DNA of 64,000 nt. Source: an uncultured Clostridium sp. GTDB taxonomy: Bacteria > Bacillota > Clostridia > Christensenellales > CAG-138. Below are positions 41,203 through 50,100 of the stretch, in pieces. Location: NCBI GenBank assembly GCA_964612925.1, contig CAZTFU010000001.1, positions 81,958 to 145,957 of the forward strand, given 5' to 3'. Position 1 is the first letter of the stretch; every line of letters begins with the position of its first letter. Below the pieces are notes generated by a model that saw only the letters and a program-made list of their open reading frames with translations, had not been told where the DNA came from and ran no database searches. A program made the position numbers and the translations under genes.

Positions 41203-42965
41203 AAAGGGGCAAAGGGCTGATACTTATTCTTGTGACGGCAATAATGCTGTCAGCGATACCTGTATGTGCCGCCGAAAAGGTGGAATTGAGCTTTGACTGT
41301 GACCCCGCATATGCCGCAATAGAAATTACGGGTGGAAAGGCATACTTGGGCAACTATACCGTGCCCGGGGACGGAAGCTATTCATTCACCGCAACGGCGG
41401 ACGGGTATGAGGATTACAGCGGCACGTTTGACGTTCTTGACGGTAGGGTGTCGTTTAACGGCGTTGAGTGCGGAGGAAATGTTATACACATTGTAATGAA
41501 CAAGAAAACATACCCCGTGCTTATAACAAAGAATCCGTCAAGCATGACGCTTATTGTAACAGATGCCTACGGTAATGAGGTGGATGATACATCATATTTA
41601 AGCTCGGGAACATATCTGTATTCGGCTTACGCCGAAGGATACGAAAGTGCCGCGGGAAAATTCAGCGTTGAAAATGCTCCTACGGTATTAAATATATCAC
41701 TTAAAGCAGTTACACAGTCCGCACCCACAACAAGCGGCATAGGGGCACTTGCACTTGCACCCGCAAATGTTGCGGGAGAATACTACAGCGCGCCCGTTGC
41801 AAGCCCAAACGAAGTAATAAGTTTGTACCTACCCGTGATAAACAATGGCGAATCACTTACAGACATAACTATAGAACCCGTAGTCTCAAGCAATGTTGAG
41901 GAATTTCCGTTTGTGGCGGAGGTTGCAAATTACGGATTAAAGCTGCCTAACCTTGAAAACGGTGCATGGGCGGTTGCACAGTATACATTCAAGGTGTCTC
42001 CTTATGCTACAAACGGTGTAAAGACCGTTCAGTTCCGTGCAATATACCGTGAAAACGGAGTGCTAACCGAAAGCACATTAAGCGCAAGCGTAACGATAAA
42101 GAACGGATATGAAGCACCGCAAACATCTGTCGAGACCGCGCCGAGACTTATTGTAAGCGGCTATGCATTGGATAAGGAAACCGTATACGCGGGAGAAGAT
42201 TTTGTGCTTACACTGTTTGTGAAGAACACATCCGCCTCAAATGAGGCAATGAACGTTACATCTTCACTAACGCTTGACCCTTCGGCTGTTATGCCGTCGC
42301 TTGGGCAGAGCGATATAAACTTTGCTTCATCGATAAAGCCCAATGATACGGCAGAACTTTCGTATAAGTTGACCGCAATGGCCGACATACAGGGCAATGC
42401 ACAGATAGCCATAAAGCTTGATTACGATAACGGGGAAGGGATAACGGGAAGTTCCTCCCAAACAATAACGTTACCGATAAAGCAACATATGCGAATAAGC
42501 GTTGATTCTCCCGAGATTTATGCGGACGGTGCAAAGGAGGGAGAGCTTATTGCTGTGTCTCTTCCCATTATAAATAAAGGAAAGACCAAGGCATACAATG
42601 TTGAAGTTAAGCTTGAAAGCGCAAAGCTTGCCATGCAGGAAGGGTATTTTGGCGGCGACATACTGCCGGGCGCAAAGCACAGTGCGGAATTTCAACTGCT
42701 TTGCCTTGAGGGAGGACTTGCCGAAGGGGTGCTTACGGTGAGTTTTGAGGATGCGGAAGGCAATACATATGAACAAAGCGTTGATTTGTCGGTAAATATT
42801 GATTATGTGGCAACGCAACCCGTACAAAGCAATATAGAGGAGGTACAGAAGGAAGCCGATACCGCGGCTTGGCCGATAATTATATGTGTAGTTGCGGGCA
42901 TTGCCGCTGTGGTCATAGCCTTGCTGTTTATTATAAAGAAGGGGAAACGAAATGCGGATAGGTGA
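41199..42965 (+). CDS. surface protein with PEGA-like and CARDB/COG1361-like beta-sandwich repeats and a C-terminal TM anchor; ABC accessory
   Basis: Signal peptide, two Y/G-rich PEGA-like modules, three ~110-aa repeats of the form 'L.LP..N.G...A.N' and a terminal hydrophobic helix plus KKGKRNADR. Translationally coupled on both sides. Confidence 0.6.
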   Translation: MKRGKGLILILVTAIMLSAIPVCAAEKVELSFDCDPAYAAIEITGGKAYLGNYTVPGDGSYSFTATADGYEDYSGTFDVLDGRVSFNGVECGGNVIHIVMNKKTYPVLITKNPSSMTLIVTDAYGNEVDDTSYLSSGTYLYSAYAEGYESAAGKFSVENAPTVLNISLKAVTQSAPTTSGIGALALAPANVAGEYYSAPVASPNEVISLYLPVINNGESLTDITIEPVVSSNVEEFPFVAEVANYGLKLPNLENGAWAVAQYTFKVSPYATNGVKTVQFRAIYRENGVLTESTLSASVTIKNGYEAPQTSVETAPRLIVSGYALDKETVYAGEDFVLTLFVKNTSASNEAMNVTSSLTLDPSAVMPSLGQSDINFASSIKPNDTAELSYKLTAMADIQGNAQIAIKLDYDNGEGITGSSSQTITLPIKQHMRISVDSPEIYADGAKEGELIAVSLPIINKGKTKAYNVEVKLESAKLAMQEGYFGGDILPGAKHSAEFQLLCLEGGLAEGVLTVSFEDAEGNTYEQSVDLSVNIDYVATQPVQSNIEEVQKEADTAAWPIIICVVAGIAAVVIALLFIIKKGKRNADR

Positions 42966-44229
42966 CCTTATACGCACCGGCGCAATAAATCTGTACAGAA
43001 GGCGTGTAAGGACGGCACTTACGGCATTGAGCATGGCTGTCGGCGTGATATGCATACTTATGCTTGTTTCGGTGGGCATAGGCTACGAGCAGGCATACAG
43101 GGAATCGATAGAAGCCATGGGCAGCCTTACAAAAATAGATGTTACGCAGAAGAATTCGTCCGCAACAAGGGTGGCGGTGCTGAATCAAAAGGCCGTTAAC
43201 GCCTTTGCGGGAATAGACGGTGTGGAGGCGGTAACACCGGTACTGCAAACAACGGCATACCTGAAAAGCGGGAAATACATAACAATGGTCAAACTGTACG
43301 GCATTGATATGAATACCGCACAAAGCTTTGGAATAACCCCGTTGCGCGGTGAGTTGCCTAAAAAGGGCACACGGTTGATGCCCCAGCTTCTTGCAACGGA
43401 TGACCTTGCAGCAAGCTTTGCGGATCCCGATACATGGAAAGAAGCCGTTGACTCAAGCGGTGAAGCGATAGTTGACCTTATGCGAAGTAATCTGAAGCTT
43501 ACCTTTGATTATGCAAGCCTTGTGGGGGATTATACCGAAGGTGATGACGGCAGGGCGGTTCCGCTTGGTCAAAGCCTGAAGGCGAACGTTACGGGCATTT
43601 GCAGTGCAATGAATTACACATATTCATGTTCGGCATTTATGGATATGGAAACGCTTAGCGAAATAAGCGATTCGGTGCAATCGAAAAACGGCAGTTCGAC
43701 TGAATACTCGCTTGTGTGGGTAAAGGTAAGCGAAGCGGATGATGTTATGGACATTGCCGCACTGATACGCGGCGCGGGGTTTGAAACATACAGCCTTACC
43801 GATATGCTTGATTCCGTTAAGGAACAGACCGAGCGTATACAGGGTCTGCTTTTTGCAATAGGTGCGGTTGCACTGCTTGTGGCGGGGCTTTGTATAGCAA
43901 ATACAATGATGATGGCCATAAACGAAAGGCGCACGGAGGTTGGCATCCTTAAGGTACTTGGCAGCGAATTAAAGGACATAGCGGCCATGTTCTTAACGGA
44001 AGCGGCAATGATAGGCATAATAGGAGCGTTTATGGGCATAGGCGTAAGCTTTGCGTTAAAGGCGGCATTAAATGGTTTGTTTGAAGAAATGGGCATAAGA
44101 TCCGTGTTGCCGATATGGCTTGCGGCATTTGCACTTGCATTTTCCGTGCTGGTTGCGGTACTCAGTGCGCTTGCCCCTGCGGTAAACGCAATGCGAATAT
44201 CCCCACTTTGCGCCATGCGAGATGAATAG
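42952..44229 (+). CDS. FtsX/MacB-type ABC transporter permease
   Basis: N-terminal TM (RTALTALSMAVGVICILMLVSVG), a ~250-aa extracytoplasmic domain, then three C-terminal TMs with the FtsX-family motif (ERRTEVGILKVLG). Confidence 0.88.
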   Translation: MRIGDLIRTGAINLYRRRVRTALTALSMAVGVICILMLVSVGIGYEQAYRESIEAMGSLTKIDVTQKNSSATRVAVLNQKAVNAFAGIDGVEAVTPVLQTTAYLKSGKYITMVKLYGIDMNTAQSFGITPLRGELPKKGTRLMPQLLATDDLAASFADPDTWKEAVDSSGEAIVDLMRSNLKLTFDYASLVGDYTEGDDGRAVPLGQSLKANVTGICSAMNYTYSCSAFMDMETLSEISDSVQSKNGSSTEYSLVWVKVSEADDVMDIAALIRGAGFETYSLTDMLDSVKEQTERIQGLLFAIGAVALLVAGLCIANTMMMAINERRTEVGILKVLGSELKDIAAMFLTEAAMIGIIGAFMGIGVSFALKAALNGLFEEMGIRSVLPIWLAAFALAFSVLVAVLSALAPAVNAMRISPLCAMRDE

Positions 44230-44246
44230 GTAACGGAGGTGGACAT

Positions 44247-47120
44247 ATGAAAAACATAAAAAGGTTTATAGCGGCAATACTTACCGTGTTAATGCTTTTG
44301 GGCAGCTTCAGCGCATATGCGCTTGAAGGCGAAAGCTATACATCGGGAGAGCAAAAGCTGCTGCTTTCGGTACAGGAAGCGATTCAACAGGGTGCAGCTT
44401 ATATGCTCAACCCCGTTGGCAACTATTATCCTGAAAACGGTTTATCATTCGGCACACTTCAGGGAGACTGGGCGGCCTTTGCGCTTGGCAGAAGCGGTCT
44501 TGCAATACCTTATGACGTGTGGGAAACATATGCGGAAAATTCAAAGGACGATATTGTTGCCGCAATAAAAAAGGTACAATCCGAACACGGTGACATAACA
44601 TCACTTCCGCTTCTCCATTACAGAAAACGCACGGAAAACATGCGCGCGATAATCGGCTACACATCGGTAGGTTTGGATCCGACAAACGTTTCGGGTTATG
44701 ACATAACGCGTGCACTCGGCAACTATACGGATATAATTTGGCAGGGTATAAACGCGACCATATTTACGCTCATTTCGCTTGATACGCTTGGCTATGAAAT
44801 GCCCGAATTGACCGCGGAAGAACTTTCACAGGGTGTACACGGCACGGCGGTTCAGGCCACAAGAGAAATGCTTGTAACGCGCATAATGGCGCAGGAGCTT
44901 CCGGGCGGCGGCTGGGTGCTTGATACAGGCTTTGAGGTTGAGGATGATCCGACTTCGGGAGATATTACCATGTCTACCGATAAAGCCGACCCTGATATTA
45001 CCGCAATGGCAATACAGGCCCTTGCGCGGTACAGCGAGGATACCGTTTATGTAAACGGCACCGAAAAGAAGGTCGGTGACGCGATAGAGCGGGCATTGAA
45101 TGTATTAAGCTCAATGCAGAAAAGTGCTGGCGATTTCGAATCATGGGGCACAACAAACGTTGAAAGTACGGCGCAGGTGCTTATGGCACTTATTGCCATG
45201 GGTATAGATCCACTTGAGGACGAAAGATTTATAACCTCAAGCGGAAACACATTGCTTAACGGCATTTTGAAATACCATGTTTCAGGTTCGGGTTTTAAGC
45301 ATATTGCCGATGGTAGCGTAAATGCAATGGCCACGGATCAGGCAATGTATGCCCTTGTAGCATATGACAGATATCTCAAGGGTCAAAACTACATATATAA
45401 CATGAGCGACAATAAGACCGCCCATGCGATTTTACTTAATGAAAGCGAACACGGCACGCTGAGCTTATCAGCAGACAGCGCTTCGCAAGGCGAAAATGTA
45501 ACGGTTTATGCACAGGATACGGACGGATATTCTCTGAGTGATGTAAAGGTATATCTCTATCAATCCGAAATAAGCTTTGTAAACAATAAGATGGTCGTTT
45601 CGTGGGAACTTACGCCAACATATCAGCAGGCAGATATAAGTACGGATGGCCTAAGTGCTACGTTTACCATGCCCAATGTACCTGTTGTCGTAGTTGCCGA
45701 ATTCAGCGAAAACGGCCAATCGGCCGAAAAATACGAATTCATACAAACGAGCGTGAACGGCACCGTGCGAGTGTCTAAAGAAAGCGCGTCGGCAGGCGAA
45801 ACCGTGCTTATAAATCCGAAGCCCCTGTCAGGCTATGAATACGTTGATGGCAGCATAAGCGTAACGGATCAGAACGGAAATGCCATATCGCTTACGGCAA
45901 ACGCAAGCGGCGGTTATGAATTCACAATGCCTGCGGGCAACGTGACACTGTATGCTGAGTTTGAAGCGGTAAAGCTTATAGGTAGCGTGACCATATCGGT
46001 TGAAAGGTTCACAATAGGTAAGGGCTACGCCATTGAACCCATGCAGGTAGATCTATATCAGAACGACAGCGTTGCAAGTATAGTGACCCGTTTGCTTGAT
46101 GAGTATGACATGCCCTATACGCTTGGGCCGGGTGCAAGCGTTGAAAGCGGCTTCTACCTTGCAAGTATTACCGACGGAAGCGATCCGAATGAGCCGATAG
46201 AACCATTCGATTATATTGTCGAAGCAATAGAGGACGAATACGGCGAATTGAGTTACACACGCGACGGGGAGAGCCTTGGTGAATTCGACTATGCACAGCA
46301 GTCGGGCTGGATGTATTCGGTAAACGGTGCATTCCCCAATTACGGTGCATCCGACTACAATACAACATCCAAGGTAAATCCGCTTAAGGACGGAGACGTT
46401 ATCCGTTGGCAGTTCACATTATGGGGACTCGGCAAGGATATAGGCGGCGGATTTGACGGCGATGAGGCTGCGGGTACATTTGAGGGTTCATATATAACCA
46501 TAGCGGAAAGAACCGCCGCAACAAGCACCATAGCCGATGTAAACAGCAACTATTCATCTTGGGTGGCTACAAATCGTTCTGTCTATGATGCGGCAGTAAA
46601 CGCCATGTGCGACCTTACATTGAGCGAAACGGAGCTTAATGCCGCCATAAAGCCCCTGCGCACCATGCTTGCGGCGAATAAGGATGAGTTCAGGATAATT
46701 CTTCCCTACAGCGCGGCCGCAAACGGACATACTATATCAACTCCCGCAACGGCAAAGGCGGGGGACGACGTGACGGTTACCGTAACGCCAAAGAACGGGT
46801 ATGAGCTTTATCTCGGCAGCCTTAAAGCGAACGGCGTAAAGCTTACTAAGCGTGGCACATCTTATACATTTGTAATGCCGAGTGAGGATGTTGCGATAAC
46901 GGCAAGCTTCTGCACAGAAGGCACGGGACCCAAGGTAGTGCAGGGCGATGTGAACGGCGACGGCACACTTAATACGATAGATGTGGCGCTCCTCTGCCGC
47001 TATCTGACGGGGCAGGTCGAGCTTTCAAGCGATGCTATATCCCTTGCCGATATGAATGAGGACGGCAAGGTGACCATTGCTGACGCAATACTGCTGTGCA
47101 AACGTATTGCGGCAAACTGA
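44247..47120 (+). CDS. secreted dockerin-bearing protein with an alpha/alpha-toroid (prenyltransferase/transcobalamin-N-like) domain, beta-sandwich repeats and a DUF4430 domain
   Basis: Signal peptide; QxxxGGW-type toroid repeats (AQELPGGGWVLD, MQKSAGDFESWG); DUF4430 (SGWMYSVNGAFPNYGASDY...LKDGDVIRWQFT, about 45970-46450). The C-terminal type-I dockerin has two Ca-binding loops, DVNGDGTLNTID and DMNEDGKVTIAD (46944-47117). Confidence 0.8.
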   Translation: MKNIKRFIAAILTVLMLLGSFSAYALEGESYTSGEQKLLLSVQEAIQQGAAYMLNPVGNYYPENGLSFGTLQGDWAAFALGRSGLAIPYDVWETYAENSKDDIVAAIKKVQSEHGDITSLPLLHYRKRTENMRAIIGYTSVGLDPTNVSGYDITRALGNYTDIIWQGINATIFTLISLDTLGYEMPELTAEELSQGVHGTAVQATREMLVTRIMAQELPGGGWVLDTGFEVEDDPTSGDITMSTDKADPDITAMAIQALARYSEDTVYVNGTEKKVGDAIERALNVLSSMQKSAGDFESWGTTNVESTAQVLMALIAMGIDPLEDERFITSSGNTLLNGILKYHVSGSGFKHIADGSVNAMATDQAMYALVAYDRYLKGQNYIYNMSDNKTAHAILLNESEHGTLSLSADSASQGENVTVYAQDTDGYSLSDVKVYLYQSEISFVNNKMVVSWELTPTYQQADISTDGLSATFTMPNVPVVVVAEFSENGQSAEKYEFIQTSVNGTVRVSKESASAGETVLINPKPLSGYEYVDGSISVTDQNGNAISLTANASGGYEFTMPAGNVTLYAEFEAVKLIGSVTISVERFTIGKGYAIEPMQVDLYQNDSVASIVTRLLDEYDMPYTLGPGASVESGFYLASITDGSDPNEPIEPFDYIVEAIEDEYGELSYTRDGESLGEFDYAQQSGWMYSVNGAFPNYGASDYNTTSKVNPLKDGDVIRWQFTLWGLGKDIGGGFDGDEAAGTFEGSYITIAERTAATSTIADVNSNYSSWVATNRSVYDAAVNAMCDLTLSETELNAAIKPLRTMLAANKDEFRIILPYSAAANGHTISTPATAKAGDDVTVTVTPKNGYELYLGSLKANGVKLTKRGTSYTFVMPSEDVAITASFCTEGTGPKVVQGDVNGDGTLNTIDVALLCRYLTGQVELSSDAISLADMNEDGKVTIADAILLCKRIAAN

Positions 47121-47175
47121 CGGTATTATTGCCGAAAGGCTTTAATATAGAAATCCGGGAAAGGAAGGAAAACAA

Positions 47176-50100
47176 ATGAAAAAAAGAGTATTGGCATTTA
47201 TACTCGCACTTGTTATGGCGCTTTCATTGCCGATAATGGCAATAGCGGAAGGCGATACGCAGGTGGAAGTCAGTGCCGAACAGCAGGACGTAAGCGTTCC
47301 TGCGGCGCCGGAAGAAAGCGGCGAAGAAGGACAAAACGAATCGGCGGAAACTACCGAAGTTGCCGTTGATGCGGAAACATTTATGGGTTCTGCGGACGTT
47401 GCGGCGGCAAACCAGTTCAGCAAGCTGCGCGTACAGCTCGGCTTCGGCGTTTATGCTGAAGAAGACTATCTTCTGAAGAATGAAGGCGAAAGCTATCAGA
47501 CGGACAACATATTTGATCCGACCGTTTACAATTACGACTTTGGCGCAATAAGCAAGGAAGTTGTAAACAGGGCGTCCAATCAGGTTCGCTTTGCTTATTC
47601 GGCCGCGGAAGGTGCATCCGTAAAAATTCATTATACTGATGAAAACGGCAATGCCACCAGCAAGGATGGAAGTGCGCTTAACGATTCGTCCAACACCGAC
47701 TGGGTAAAGACTTACGATGGTGAAAACATAATTAAGCTTGTGCTTACTCCGCCCGCTGACAGCGGTCTTAGCGCAACCACCTACACCATAAAGCTTTATG
47801 TCGGTGAAAAGCCCGCAGAACCCGCAAAGGTAAAGGTATACATATCCTTCAGCGATAACGGAAGTTATAATTTCCCTTATGGCAAAACCGAAGTTACTGC
47901 GGTTGAAGGTACTGCCGAAAAATACGGCCTTAGCAATGCCGATGCCGACCATACCGTAGGCGGACAGAATCACGGCATATCCGCAGGTCAGGTAAGCGTG
48001 CTTGATGCGGTTGTCAGCGCACATGAGGCACTGTATGGAAGCGCATTTACCAAGGCGACCATGGACTCATATCTTGATGCAGGCGGCGGCAGCTATATAA
48101 GCAAGATGTTCGGCGTAAGCGGCAGCATCAGCTTTGCCGTAAACAATCGCCTGCCCATGGGTCCGAAGAGCGATGGGTATGCCATAAACGAATATGCCGT
48201 TTCCGAGGGTGATGACATTGTGTTCTTCATCTACGGCGGTTCGTGGTGGGACGATTATTTCTGCTATTTTGACAAAAAGCAGGTAACCGTTAAGGAAGAT
48301 GAAGAAATAAAGCTGAACCTTGAAGGCTTCTATGCCATGGAGCAGCTTTGGGGCAACCCCGGTACGGATACCCCTGCACTCGATTCCCTTGAGAAGATCA
48401 AGAATGCCATTATTGTATTGCTTAAGTATGACGATGACCTCGGTTCATGGAATATGGACGGTTATGTATACGATGAATATGATGATCCTGTCGTAACCGA
48501 TTCCAACGGCGATGCGAAGTTCAAGTTTGACAAAGCCGGAACATACTATGTCAGCGCAATGGGCACCTCGTCCTCCGGAGCTTATATATCTCTTCCGTGG
48601 TGCGAAATAACCGTTACGGAAAACACAAATAAGCCCAAGGGCAACGACCTTAACGGTATGCTCATTTATACCGGCTACAGCAAGAATAATGACAGCGTAA
48701 TGGTGCGCAACGAAAGCGACAGCTACACAACGTCAAACGTATTCGCATGGAATAAGTACGAATATAGTTTTGAAGTTGCAGATACCGTAACTCAGCTCCG
48801 CTTTAATCTTAACCTTGCGGACGGCGCAAAGGCAACGCTACACTATACCACCACTACGGGTTCCGAGGCAACAAAGGATGCCACAAATTCCGCATCCAAT
48901 GCCGCGTGGATAAACTGCATACAGCCTGGCAAAAACGTTGTTAAGGTTGTTGTAACTCCTCCCGACGGCAGCGGTCTTTCCGAAAAGACATACACCATAA
49001 ATGTCGATTGTAAGCCCACGCTCACCGCACTTTCCGTTGCAAACGGCAGTACGGAGCTGATACTTGATTCGACGTTTAAGAGCACTACCCTCGAGTATAG
49101 TGCGGACGTTGATGCGGCGGCAGAGGTTCTTACCGTTTCCGCAACGGCCAAGAACACAAGCTGCACCGTTACTTATAACGGTAAGGCCGACAACAATGTT
49201 GACGTAAAGGATACCGATAAGATAGTTATCCGCGTTGAAAAAGACGGCCTGTACACCGAGTATGCGGTAAAACTGAATAAAAAGACCGCTTATTCGGCAA
49301 AAATTGAAACCTACCCCGCAAATGCCGTTGTACGCATGGAAGATTCCAAGGGTACGGCACTTGATACTGATTCGGAAGGCGCATATGCAGGTCTGTTGCC
49401 GGGTGCCGAATACAAGTTTGTTGTATCCTGCAAGGGCTATGTGACAAAGACCGGTACTCTCAGTGATCCGGCTCAGCTCACCAACGGTGTGCTTAGCGTG
49501 ATTCTTTCCGCGGCGCCTGCGTCCAATCTGACCGATTATGACGCGGAATGGCCCACATTCAGGAACAGCGAAAACAACAACGCCGTGACCTCGACCGTAA
49601 CTCCCGACAGCGCCGAAAATGCGGAGCTTAAATGGGCCAAGAAGTACGGTTCGGGCTGGAGTGCTTCTCCATCTATACCCATTATAGTAAATGAGCATGT
49701 TTACTTCATTATGGACAAAAAGATATACTGTGCAAGCAAAGAAACAGGTGAAATCGAAGCCGAAGGTACACTCAACGGTGGTGCAGGTTACAGCACCAAT
49801 TCCATCGTATATGCGGAAGGCATGATATTTGCACAAGTGGGTAGCGGCAAGATACAGGCGTTCCGTGCCGATACGCTTGAAAGCCTGTGGGTATCCGAAT
49901 CAATAGGCGGCGGACAGACCATATCTCCCATAACCTATTACAACGGATATATCTATACGGGTATGTGGGGCGGCGAAACCAAGGCTTCGGACTTTGTTTG
50001 CTTCTCAATAACCGATGAAGATCCCAACAGCACGAATGAAACCAAGTACGCCACATGGAAGGTTTCTCACCTTGGCGGTTATTACTGGGTGGGCGCGTAT

